Below, one piece after another: positions 1 to 8,843 of a stretch of 64,000 nucleotides of DNA. Made by a program: the position numbers and the translations under genes. A model generated the notes under the pieces. The model had not been told where the DNA came from, made no database searches, and worked only from the letters and a program-made list of their open reading frames with translations. This DNA is from Salibacteraceae bacterium (GTDB lineage Bacteria; Bacteroidota; Bacteroidia; Flavobacteriales_G; Salibacteraceae). The stretch covers positions 26,148-90,147 of the forward strand of contig CBFIEM010000011.1 of NCBI GenBank assembly GCA_965661625.1, written 5' to 3'. The stretch's first letter is position 1. Every line of letters starts with the position of its first letter.

Positions 1-2
1 AT

Positions 3-248
3 TTGGTAGCTGGATTGCCCGTAATTGTATCACCAGTGATTGCGGACTTTGCAAAATTTGTTCAAAAACATGCAGTTGGACAAGTAAGTTCCTTAGAGGT
101 AAATTTTGATCAAACTTCAGCAGCTACTAAAATCCATTGTAGACAAGCAGGTATTGCGTACTTCACAAAGAAATCAGATTCCATACGTGCTAGTTTTAAC
201 ACCCTAATAAATTACCTTTCAGGCGAACACGATGCAGGTTACAACTAA
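3..248 (+). CDS. glycosyltransferase, C-terminal fragment (5' end outside window)
   Basis: Frame open from the window edge to TAA 246-248. '...VAGLPVIVSPVIADF...' resembles the C-terminal lobe of GT-B glycosyltransferases. Short fragment, weak call. Confidence 0.35.
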   Translation: MVAGLPVIVSPVIADFAKFVQKHAVGQVSSLEVNFDQTSAATKIHCRQAGIAYFTKKSDSIRASFNTLINYLSGEHDAGYN

Positions 249-768
249 TCGCTTAATTATCAGACCACTTCGCACAGATGATGCGGTGTTCTTTATAGAA
301 ACACGCAATCACCCAGAAGTAAAACCTTGGATAGGGTTTGTGCCCACTACAACAAAAGAAGTTCACGCCTTTCAAGCAGGAAATGAGCAACGGTTAAAAC
401 AATTGGATGCATGGTATCAATGCATCATTGAGCTAAAGCCTGCACGAGGTTTAATAGGTGATATTGCCCTTCACTTCCTTCCGAATAATGAGGTAGAAAT
501 TGGGTATGTAATGCATCCCCAATTTACTGGCAAGGGATATATGAAAGAGGCATTACATGCCATAACCAAGTATGCTTTTGAGCACCTCGGTATTGCCCGT
601 AGTTTGTGCAATGTAGATCCTATAAACAAGGCCAGTATTGGAGTTTTAAAAGGCGTTGGATACAAGCATGTTGAAACTGTGCGAGGAGCATTCTTGTTTC
701 GGGAAAAATATGTTGACAACAGCACCTATTCAATTCGACCAGAAGAGATTACTCCTTACCGCGGTTAA
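232..768 (+). CDS. GNAT family N-acetyltransferase (RimJ/RimL-like)
   Basis: 178-aa ORF. 'NRLIIRPLRTDD', 'IGYVMHPQFTGKGYMKEAL' and 'DPINKASIGVLKGVGY' fit the GNAT acetyl-CoA binding fold. Confidence 0.8.
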   Translation: MQVTTNRLIIRPLRTDDAVFFIETRNHPEVKPWIGFVPTTTKEVHAFQAGNEQRLKQLDAWYQCIIELKPARGLIGDIALHFLPNNEVEIGYVMHPQFTGKGYMKEALHAITKYAFEHLGIARSLCNVDPINKASIGVLKGVGYKHVETVRGAFLFREKYVDNSTYSIRPEEITPYRG

Positions 769-1834
769 TCCAATTGTAAATGGTTTTGATCAATTGCTCA
801 GGTTCAAATGGCTTGAGAATGAATCCATTCATTCCGCAAGCTTGAATATCGTCTTTCACTTCCATAAATACAGAAGCTGACAGCGCTAATATCGGAGTTT
901 CCGTATTGAATTTACGTATTTCCCTACTCGCTTCATACCCATCTACAACTGGCATCTGAATATCCATCAAAATGAGATCGTAGGTATGCTTTTTAACCAG
1001 GTCTATGGCCTCCTGTCCATCAACCGCGACTGAAACGTTGAGGCTCGCATCTTCCAAAATCTGTTTTCCAACCATTACATTAATGGCATTATCCTCCACA
1101 AGAAGCACGTGTTCGTGGTTGAAATCGAAGCGTTCTCCAATGTCTTCAAACTTTTTATCCTCGTCCTGAACAACAGGAAACTCAGCCTCAAAAGAAAAAG
1201 TACTCCCTTTTCCTGCCTCACTTTCTACACGAATAGTACTCCCCATAGATTCAACAATTTTCTTAACAATAGGCAAGCCCAAACCAGTACCTCCATATAA
1301 CCTCGTAGTTGAGACCTCCGCCTGTGTAAAGGCCTGAAAAATGCGCTCTTGTTGTTCTTTTGAAATTCCTATACCCGAATCCTTAACCTTAGTTAAAAGC
1401 TTGACATACTTATCATTAGAGCTAACCACCTCAATTGTTAGCTTAACCTGTCCGTTATCTGTAAATTTAATGGCATTAGAAATTAAATTATTGATCACTT
1501 GATTAAACCTTACGATATCCACCCATAAATCAGGTAGATCTGCTGAAATATCAATATCAAATGAAACACCCTTTTTGATGCACGAGGGCTCATGAACTTT
1601 TCGAATTTGGCTAATTGCATATTTCAGATCAGCAGGAATTGGATCGAGGTCCACTTCTTCATGCTCCATTTTACTATAATCCAAGACTTGATTCAGTAAA
1701 TTCAGCAACAACTTTCCCGAATAATTTAACGCTTCGATATTTTCCACTTGATCTTCTCGCGGTTCTTTTTCACGCAGGATATGGGATAATCCAATCACCG
1801 CATTTAGCGGGGTTCTAATTTCATGGCTCATCAT
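749..1834 (-). CDS. hybrid sensor histidine kinase/response regulator: kinase core plus receiver (downstream part of a gene interrupted by in-frame TAA 1868-1870)
   Basis: H-box 'MSHEIRTPLNAVIG', ATPase boxes 'NLISNAIKFT', 'DSGIGI', 'GGTGLGL', then receiver 'VLLVEDNAINV...ILMDIQMPVVDG...LKPF'. The frame continues upstream through 11 sense codons (GLSNAKSKFLS) to the TAA. Confidence 0.85.
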   Translation of the reverse strand: MMSHEIRTPLNAVIGLSHILREKEPREDQVENIEALNYSGKLLLNLLNQVLDYSKMEHEEVDLDPIPADLKYAISQIRKVHEPSCIKKGVSFDIDISADLPDLWVDIVRFNQVINNLISNAIKFTDNGQVKLTIEVVSSNDKYVKLLTKVKDSGIGISKEQQERIFQAFTQAEVSTTRLYGGTGLGLPIVKKIVESMGSTIRVESEAGKGSTFSFEAEFPVVQDEDKKFEDIGERFDFNHEHVLLVEDNAINVMVGKQILEDASLNVSVAVDGQEAIDLVKKHTYDLILMDIQMPVVDGYEASREIRKFNTETPILALSASVFMEVKDDIQACGMNGFILKPFEPEQLIKTIYNWINRGKE

Positions 1835-1867
1835 AGATAAGAACTTAGATTTCGCATTGGATAAACC

Positions 1868-2440
1868 TTATGCTTCCTCCCGCTTATTGTGCAAGTTCGT
1901 ATAGTAACGCATATTCAGAAAAGAGAAATAGGTGATTTGAAACGTGACCAATATGAACGTACTAACTACCGAAAATGGGTAAATGACAGATGCTGCCAAT
2001 TGCTGATCCATAGGTGATTGCCGGAATAAGGTAAAATCTGTAAAAAACAATCCAATCCACATAAAAATGGACAACAATGAAAACATGATAATAAATACCT
2101 TTTCCCGTCTAAATGAAAATAGTAAAAACGGAAGGCCAAGCGCAAACATGAGCACATATTCAACACTACCTGCTTTGCCCAAATAAGACGCAGTTATCCC
2201 TACACTAAAAATTAAGGTTAGCATATACGTGATGCGCGAAAAGAGCAAGATTCTTTTAACTGTAAGAAAAAGGCAAAAAAGAAAAATCAGTGTAGTTCCA
2301 CCGATAAAATAAGACAACGTATAAAGTTCTAGACTGCGCGATAGAAAAAACCAAACAGCAGATAAGATACCGGTAAATGCTGCAACCGCTATGGAAAGTT
2401 GGTACCTCCGCTCACTGTGCAACTTCTCTTCATTCTCCAT
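1868..2440 (-). CDS. polytopic membrane sensor module, upstream part of the interrupted hybrid kinase
   Basis: 190-aa very hydrophobic ORF with about six predicted TM segments. It ends REEA-TAA in the same frame as the kinase core. The intact paralog at 40520-43096 has the same layout. Confidence 0.6.
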   Translation of the reverse strand: MENEEKLHSERRYQLSIAVAAFTGILSAVWFFLSRSLELYTLSYFIGGTTLIFLFCLFLTVKRILLFSRITYMLTLIFSVGITASYLGKAGSVEYVLMFALGLPFLLFSFRREKVFIIMFSLLSIFMWIGLFFTDFTLFRQSPMDQQLAASVIYPFSVVSTFILVTFQITYFSFLNMRYYTNLHNKREEA

Positions 2441-2494
2441 TTAAATACAAGCTATAAAATTACTACCTACGTTAAATATGCTGTGGTTGATAAA

Positions 2495-3022
2495 CTAATT
2501 CAGCAAGCCAATATGCTCATCATAAACCATTTTTCGTTCTTCAAATGAAGAAGAATCAAAATCAAATACTTCACACTGATTGATTGGTTTTACATACAAA
2601 TGAAGAGTCATTGCGCGGTCTCCACATTTATTACGCAACATATGATACCCACTCTCTTTGCTCATGAAGGTTAAATCGCCTGGTTTTAAAACAGCTCTAG
2701 ATTCGGGACAAGGAGCTGATTCAGAGCATGAATAAAGCACCTCTTCAACATCGCCAAGCACCTGTTTTACCCAACACTGTTGACCATCGTGACCATGTAT
2801 TGGTGTTTCAGAATTAGGCTCCCAACAAAGCAAAAGCAATTCAAATTTGCTTGTGCGTTCCAAGCATATCCTCGTATAACTTTCTTCCTCCCACTGACCG
2901 TATTTCATTAACCAATCAGGATTAATATCAGTTGATTTTAATATTTGGTTGTAAACGGACGGTGCTGCATTGTTAAGCTGTTTAATCAGCTTTAAAACAG
3001 GGTCTTCATCTTTTGGAAGCAT
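2495..3022 (-). CDS. cdo: cysteine dioxygenase type I (cupin)
   Basis: 175 aa, aligned by eye with mammalian CDO1. Shared elements: 'YTR' (Tyr58/Arg60), 'LLCW', 'IHGH' (His86/His88), Cys seven residues after the first His (Cys93 position), 'YHMLRN' (His140), 'LHLY' (Tyr157). Confidence 0.8.
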   Translation of the reverse strand: MLPKDEDPVLKLIKQLNNAAPSVYNQILKSTDINPDWLMKYGQWEEESYTRICLERTSKFELLLLCWEPNSETPIHGHDGQQCWVKQVLGDVEEVLYSCSESAPCPESRAVLKPGDLTFMSKESGYHMLRNKCGDRAMTLHLYVKPINQCEVFDFDSSSFEERKMVYDEHIGLLN

Positions 3023-3137
3023 ATTCTGTTAACTTTGTTTCTGATTGGTTTTTGTTTAAAATTGATTCAATTTTGAACGTTTTCATCACAATATTTCCAA
3101 AATTTACTCTTTTTAATCGATTTCAATAAAAAATAGC

Positions 3138-4523
3138 ATGGCTGAATTTCTTTCTCAATTTGAAAAAATAGCAAGCGCATTATTAGAAGCAGAGCAAAAA
3201 ACTCCCACAGCCACGCAAATTCCTTCAACGAAACTTTTTGATAAGCTCGATTTATCCTTAACTGAGCAAGGCGTTGACCGTAAAGACATGTACAAAAGTT
3301 TGGAAGAACTAGCGCTTCAGACCCCACGCACAGCATCCCGTACATTTTTTAATCAACTTTTTGGTGGGCGAAATACCGATGCAGTTCTCGGAGAACTTTT
3401 AGCCGTGTTGCTAAATACCAGTATGTATACCTACAAAGCAGCCGGAGCAATGATTGGTGTCGAAAAAGAAATTTTAAATCAAGTGTGTAACTTGGTTGGT
3501 TGGGGGCCAAAATCAGGAGGAACAATGCCACCTGGAGGATCCATGGCCAATTTCATGGCTCTTTTAATGGCAAGAGATGCATATGACCCTACCACTCCTG
3601 ATCAAGGAGTAAGCAAATCATTTACAGTGTATACTTCTGATGAATCCCATTATTCAACGGTTAAGAATGCCGCTTTTGCAGGGATTGGAAAAGAGCAAGT
3701 TCGAAAAATCCGCACTCAACATACGGGTCAAATGGATATGGAGGAACTCGCCGAAGTAATGACTCAAGATATAAATGATGGCTTTACTCCAATGCTCATT
3801 AACTTAACTGCGGGAACAACTGTTCTTGGAGCGTTTGACCCGATAAGACCAGCTGTGGAAATCGCTAAACAGTTTAATTGTTGGGTACATGTTGATGGAG
3901 CATATTGTGGGGCTGTGTTATTGAGTGATAAATACCAGCACTTGATTGATGGAATTGAACTTGTTGATTCGTTCAGTTTTAATGCTCATAAAATGCTGAG
4001 TACACCACTCTCCTGCTCTATCCTGGTTGCTAAGGATGAAGAGTACCTGAATAAATCGTTCTCAAAAGAAGCTGCATACCTTTACCAAACTGATGACGAT
4101 GGGTTTAATCCTGGGAAAACTTCATTGCAATGCGGTAGAAGAAACGACGCACTCAAATTGTGGGCACTTTGGAAGCATGTTGGTACGCGTGGACTAGCGA
4201 AGATTGTAAATCATCAGTTTGACCTTGCAGAATACGCTAGAACGTACATCCGGGGAAATGCTGATTACACCCTTTACAGTTTTGATGAATCCGTTTCAAT
4301 ATGCTTCAACTATAAAAATATTGACCCAGTAGCGTTGTGCACCCGTCTTTACGAAAAGAATGAATTAATGGTGGGTTACGGTTCGTCTCATGGAAAAACA
4401 TTCATTCGACTAATTACAGTCAATGCTCAAAACTCAACCCAAGAGATTGATTGGTTTTTTCAACGCTTAGAACGCTTTGTTGAGCAGCATGAGGCTGATT
4501 TAGTTTCATTTGTAAACGACTAA
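3138..4523 (+). CDS. PLP-dependent group II decarboxylase, cysteine sulfinate decarboxylase-like
   Basis: 461 aa. 'FFNQLFGG', 'LNTSMYTYK' and the PLP-lysine motif 'SFNAHKML' are typical of the GAD/CSAD family. Confidence 0.8.
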   Translation: MAEFLSQFEKIASALLEAEQKTPTATQIPSTKLFDKLDLSLTEQGVDRKDMYKSLEELALQTPRTASRTFFNQLFGGRNTDAVLGELLAVLLNTSMYTYKAAGAMIGVEKEILNQVCNLVGWGPKSGGTMPPGGSMANFMALLMARDAYDPTTPDQGVSKSFTVYTSDESHYSTVKNAAFAGIGKEQVRKIRTQHTGQMDMEELAEVMTQDINDGFTPMLINLTAGTTVLGAFDPIRPAVEIAKQFNCWVHVDGAYCGAVLLSDKYQHLIDGIELVDSFSFNAHKMLSTPLSCSILVAKDEEYLNKSFSKEAAYLYQTDDDGFNPGKTSLQCGRRNDALKLWALWKHVGTRGLAKIVNHQFDLAEYARTYIRGNADYTLYSFDESVSICFNYKNIDPVALCTRLYEKNELMVGYGSSHGKTFIRLITVNAQNSTQEIDWFFQRLERFVEQHEADLVSFVND

Positions 4524-4528
4524 TTTTT

Positions 4529-6025
4529 ATGGTTGCCAAGGTTATTGCTTTAGCTTTATACGTCTTAATTCTTCTATTGATAGGGGTTGTTGCGAGCAGG
4601 CGTGTTAAAAACATCAGTGACTTTTACGTTGGTGGAAAAAAAATAGGCTATTGGGCCGTTGCCTTCTCTGCCAGAGCTACAGGTGAATCTGGATGGATAT
4701 TGATTGGCCTTACAGGTATGGGAGCCTTGGCTGGTTATTCTGCTTATTGGGTAGTTGTTGGTGAAGTTGTAGGTGTTGCCATATCTTGGATGTTCATGGC
4801 CAAGCGCTTTAAACGGTTATCAGACAGTTACCAATCATTGACAATCCCCGACTTTTTGGAGTCTCACTTTAAAACTACAACACATAGACTGCGCGCTGTA
4901 TCAGCAGCAATATTGAGTGTCTTTGTGGTAATCTACGTAAGTACACAAATCGATGCCACTGGAATTGCTTTTGAGTCTATGCTCGGCATGAACTACTACA
5001 CAGGAGCATTAGTGGGATTCCTAATTGTTCTTACATACATTTTCATTGGAGGGTTTTTAGCGGTTGTGTGGTCAGACTTGTTTCAAGGTTTTTTAATGTT
5101 CTTAGGCCTGGTTGTTCTTCCTGTTTGGGCATACATTCAAATGGATGTAGATTCCATTTCTGCGAGCTTGTCTGCCATTGACCCGCAGTTAACTTCCATT
5201 TGGGGAATTCATGATGACCCTTGGTTAAACGTAGCATCGCTATTGGGATTTTCTATGATCGGACTTGGGTTTCTTGGCTCTCCTCAAGTATATGTGCGGT
5301 TTATGTCGATTAAAAATGAGGCCGAAATTGTAAAGGGAAAATGGGTTGCTATTTTTTTCACTGCAATTACTGATACTGCAGCTGTAAGTATTGGCGTGCT
5401 AGCCCGGGTTTTCTTCACCGATATCGGCGCTGATCCAGAGACTACTTTGGGAGTTGGGGGAGCTGATGTTTTAAACTTAATGGTGGAAGAGTTTCTACCC
5501 CTAGGAATAGCTGCAATTTACATTGCAATTGTTTTGTCAGCTATTATGTCCACCATTGACTCCTTGCTAGTTGTTGCATCTAGTGCAGTAACAAGAGACT
5601 TTTACCAAAAGATTTTTCATCCGGAAATTCCAGATGATAAGCTCACGCGTATATCGAGGTTTACAACCTTAACTATGGCCATTTTAGCTCTTATAATTGC
5701 TCTGATCATGGCTTGGGTCTCCCCAGATAGACAGGTTTTTTGGGTTATTATTTTTGGTTGGTCAGGTATAGCAGCTAGTTTCTGTCCGGTAATAATCCTC
5801 TCTTTATTTTGGAAGAATTATACGGCGAATGGTGCCTTGGCATCAATGATTACGGGATTTTTATGCGTTCCTTTTTTCAAATTTGTAATCGAACCACTTC
5901 CAACCATTGGGTTATATTTCCAGCAGCTTGATGTCCTAGCACCTTCTTTCGTCATTTCTATCGTTTCAGGAATACTCGTTTCTAAATATGCAAAAGCGAC
6001 TCAAAAGCCTGTTGATGTAACATAA
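4529..6025 (+). CDS. sodium:solute symporter (SSS family, PutP/PanF-like)
   Basis: 498 aa with many hydrophobic segments. N-terminal 'GGKKIGYWAVAFSARATGESGW' is SSS-like. Starts 5 nt after the decarboxylase stop. Confidence 0.8.
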   Translation: MVAKVIALALYVLILLLIGVVASRRVKNISDFYVGGKKIGYWAVAFSARATGESGWILIGLTGMGALAGYSAYWVVVGEVVGVAISWMFMAKRFKRLSDSYQSLTIPDFLESHFKTTTHRLRAVSAAILSVFVVIYVSTQIDATGIAFESMLGMNYYTGALVGFLIVLTYIFIGGFLAVVWSDLFQGFLMFLGLVVLPVWAYIQMDVDSISASLSAIDPQLTSIWGIHDDPWLNVASLLGFSMIGLGFLGSPQVYVRFMSIKNEAEIVKGKWVAIFFTAITDTAAVSIGVLARVFFTDIGADPETTLGVGGADVLNLMVEEFLPLGIAAIYIAIVLSAIMSTIDSLLVVASSAVTRDFYQKIFHPEIPDDKLTRISRFTTLTMAILALIIALIMAWVSPDRQVFWVIIFGWSGIAASFCPVIILSLFWKNYTANGALASMITGFLCVPFFKFVIEPLPTIGLYFQQLDVLAPSFVISIVSGILVSKYAKATQKPVDVT

Positions 6026-6253
6026 ATAACTATTTATTAAAAGGGTTGCAACGACTGAAAAGCTACGTGGCCACACCATTTATGTTGAAGACAAATTTTC
6101 CATAATTACCGATAAATACCATTAAAAGAATCAAACCAACCGGAGCTTTAACCATTGTCGTATTGAGCTATAGACACTTCGGAGAAATTATAGAACTGAA
6201 TCCGAATGAGGCAATTTTGGCCGAATCGTATTCGATAAAAACTAAATGGAAAT

Positions 6254-6285
6254 AAAAAAGGCACTCATTTGAGTGCCTTTTTTTA
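6254..6285. terminator. bidirectional rho-independent terminator
   Basis: A-run, stem GGCACTC / GAGTGCC (loop ATTT), then T-run. Lies just downstream of the minus-strand DUF2911 gene stop. Confidence 0.7.
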
Positions 6286-7029
6286 TTCACGAATAAGTTT
6301 CAAGTATTTCTCAGAATTCTCTTTTACATTCGGTTGAGGACTTAAGCTCAGCGCCATCTTAAACGCCTCCTCAGCTTCATCAAACTGTTTTAACTTGAAA
6401 AGTGCTTCTCCGAGTGAGTCAAAAGCATTAGCACTTTTGGGATACTTCGCAACGTTCGCTTCGAATACATCCAGAGCCCCTTTCACGTACCCTTCATTCA
6501 TCAATTGATAACCATATTGATTCATTTGTACTTCAGAGGCCTCTTTTAATGCGTCTTCCATTACAGCCTTAGCCTCTTCCAATTTTCCAACCTTTCTTAA
6601 AATTGCTGCATTCACATTCCTTGTGATGAAATTCGGATTAATCTTCAAAGCCTGTTTACTCCATGCTAAAGCCGTTTCCATGTGAATATTATGTTGGCTT
6701 AAATAAACAGCTCCACTATTATAACCTTGCCATGAAAAACCTGTAGGACCCGTTAGTTCAACGCGTGCATTTTCAAAAACCAATTCAGGAACATCAAAAG
6801 CGACGGGCACTATAAACCGTTTGAGCTCCCAGTCTAAAACTAAATTGACTGAAGTAGGTTTAACATCTACAAACTGATAAGTTAACCGTTCTGTGTGTTC
6901 ATGGTTAATCACTTCCACTTGTGCTCGAAGGATATCATTTTCTGGGTTATAAAAATAAGAGCCCCATGCTTCATTGTCAGCTGATAAAATCACTTCACCT
7001 GAACCGTCTTTGTTTATGGTAAAGAACAA
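6283..7029 (-). CDS. DUF2911-family protein, C-terminal part with TPR repeats (downstream of in-frame TAA 7099-7101)
   Basis: Frame is continuous upstream (NTTLSITHKAKIAGKEVAAGKYG) to the TAA. The C-terminal half has TPR-like repeats ('ALKINPNF', 'AKYPKSANAFDSLGEALFKL'). Confidence 0.7.
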   Translation of the reverse strand: MFFTINKDGSGEVILSADNEAWGSYFYNPENDILRAQVEVINHEHTERLTYQFVDVKPTSVNLVLDWELKRFIVPVAFDVPELVFENARVELTGPTGFSWQGYNSGAVYLSQHNIHMETALAWSKQALKINPNFITRNVNAAILRKVGKLEEAKAVMEDALKEASEVQMNQYGYQLMNEGYVKGALDVFEANVAKYPKSANAFDSLGEALFKLKQFDEAEEAFKMALSLSPQPNVKENSEKYLKLIRE

Positions 7030-7098
7030 ACCGTACTTACCTGCAGCAACCTCCTTACCAGCAATTTTGGCTTTATGAGTTATTGAGAGTGTCGTATT

Positions 7099-7359
7099 TT
7101 AATTTGCTCCCGCTCGCCATGGTGCTTCGTTTCCACTCCCAAAATTAAAGGTGTTCCATCCAAAGGGTACAAGTTCACCCCAAATATTTCGTCCCCTTAC
7201 TGCTGGTCGCGAATAATTCACCTCTATATCAGAAATTCCTATGATTTGGGAGACAGAAGCCGCTGGACTTGCAGTTCTTGGTGTAGTAATAGCCTGCCCA
7301 TAAAGTAAAGTTGTCAATGCAACTAAACTAGCCGTTGTCATTAAGCCTATTTGATTCAT
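7099..7359 (-). CDS. DUF2911-family protein, N-terminal part with signal peptide
   Basis: Signal peptide 'MNQIGLMTTASLVALTTLLYGQA', then 'EVNYSRPAVRGRNIWGELVPFG...APWRAGAN', which matches the conserved DUF2911 N-terminal block as I remember it. Confidence 0.7.
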   Translation of the reverse strand: MNQIGLMTTASLVALTTLLYGQAITTPRTASPAASVSQIIGISDIEVNYSRPAVRGRNIWGELVPFGWNTFNFGSGNEAPWRAGAN

Positions 7360-7550
7360 ACTGTTGAGTTTAAGTTAATATCTCGACTAATTTAGCGCTT
7401 CAATGGTTTTTCACACTAGGAGTGCACGGTTTCGAACAATTATTATCCCGGACTCGCAATTATTTCAATAAATTAAATTTAATTCTACATCAACTGATGG
7501 TGTTGTAATTAATAAACGTACCTTGCGAGCCAATTAATTAGATTATTATT

Positions 7551-7742
7551 ATGAATAAAGGAACAGTTAAATTCTTTAATGATTCAAAAGGTTATGGATT
7601 CATTACAGAAGAAGGTAGTGGCAAAGATTACTTTGTACACATTTCAGGTACTATCGATGAAATTCGTGAAGGCGATGCGGTAGAGTATGACCTGCAAGAA
7701 GGAAGAAAAGGAATGAACGCCGTGAATGTCAAGGTGCTTTAG
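7551..7742 (+). CDS. cold-shock domain protein (CspA family)
   Basis: 63 aa. RNP-1-like 'KGYGFI' and RNP-2-like 'FVHIS' motifs. About 190 nt of upstream non-coding sequence. Confidence 0.95.
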   Translation: MNKGTVKFFNDSKGYGFITEEGSGKDYFVHISGTIDEIREGDAVEYDLQEGRKGMNAVNVKVL

Positions 7743-7765
7743 AATTTATACTTTTTTTTTGAAGA

Positions 7766-7796
7766 CCGCATCTGTTGACAGATGCGGTTTTTTTTT
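7766..7796 (+). terminator. rho-independent terminator of the csp gene
   Basis: Stem CCGCATCTG / CAGATGCGG with loop TTGA, followed by a run of 9 T. Confidence 0.85.
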
Positions 7797-7856
7797 GCCC
7801 TAAAACGAACCTATTCTTCAATTGAACGCTATAACGCATTACTTTCGTTTGTACAG

Positions 7857-8843
7857 ATGTCAGCATTTATTCGCATATATATTCTTACCACTTCCTTCAG
7901 CATGCTGTTTATTACAAGCTTTACTCAAGCGAAAACCATAGCCACGGGAAATGAAGCACCAGGTGATTCTGTCTTGCTCAAAGCAGACTCATTGTTTTTA
8001 CATGAAGAGTTCTCTAAAGCCCTTGAATTATACCATCTTTTTATTACGAACTCGCCTGATTCTGCACAAGGGTACCTCGGTGCATGTATGGTCTATGAAG
8101 AACTAAATGAAACCAATGAAGCCTATTACATTTGTTCAAAGGGGCTGGGAAGAGCAAAAAAACCCTTTAAACTTTACTCTTGGCGTGGTAAATTCTCACT
8201 GAAATATGGCGAAACAGACCGGGCATATGACGATTTAAAGATAGCATTTGATTTAGCCAGAAATGAAGGTGAACGGATTGAAGCCCTAATTGGACTAAGC
8301 AGTGTAACCATCTACACACAGCAATATAGTGAAGCTGAATCCATTTTAAATGAAGCGCTCATCCTACGACCGGAAGAACTGAGTATTTTAATCAACTTAG
8401 CTCATGTAGAAGAAAAGTTGATGCAACCAGAGAAGGCAATATTTCACTTACAACAAGCTGTTGAGTTGTACCCCACCAGTGAAGTAGCCATTGGAAATTT
8501 AGCTTACTTCTATTTGACTCATGAACGCATAGATACAGCCATTTACATCTATACCGGACTTTTAGAAGATCATCCAGAAGACCCTCTCATACTTAATAAT
8601 CTTGGCTATGCTATGTACTTGACAGGGGCACATGAAAACGCGTTGGAGTATATCAACAAATCCATAGCCCTCTACCCTGCAAATTCTTACGCCTGGAAGA
8701 ATAAGGCACTTGTATTAATCCAGCAAGATCGATTGAGTGAGGCCTGTACAGCACTTAAGGAAGCAAAACGACTTGGCTTTGCCAGCTATTATGGTAAAGA
8801 TGTTGACGAACTGCTACAAAATCATTGTAAATCAATTGATTAA
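7857..8843 (+). CDS. TPR repeat protein with signal peptide
   Basis: Start moved to ATG 7857 because the track start at 7782 lies inside the csp terminator. 'MSAFIRIYILTTSFSMLFITSFTQA' is signal-like, followed by multiple TPR-like repeats. Confidence 0.7.
   Translation: MSAFIRIYILTTSFSMLFITSFTQAKTIATGNEAPGDSVLLKADSLFLHEEFSKALELYHLFITNSPDSAQGYLGACMVYEELNETNEAYYICSKGLGRAKKPFKLYSWRGKFSLKYGETDRAYDDLKIAFDLARNEGERIEALIGLSSVTIYTQQYSEAESILNEALILRPEELSILINLAHVEEKLMQPEKAIFHLQQAVELYPTSEVAIGNLAYFYLTHERIDTAIYIYTGLLEDHPEDPLILNNLGYAMYLTGAHENALEYINKSIALYPANSYAWKNKALVLIQQDRLSEACTALKEAKRLGFASYYGKDVDELLQNHCKSID

Noticed and set aside
6063-6155. 30-codon hydrophobic minus-strand ORF (MVKAPVGLILLMVFIGNYGKFVFNINGVAT) in the spacer after the SSS transporter
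   Set aside because: It is too short, is on the opposite strand to the transporter, and has no recognisable motif or evident promoter. It cannot be supported from sequence alone.
7782-7856. N-terminal extension of the TPR protein ORF (track start 7782)
   Set aside because: The first codons overlap the stem-loop and T-run of the csp terminator. ATG 7857 gives a proper signal peptide.
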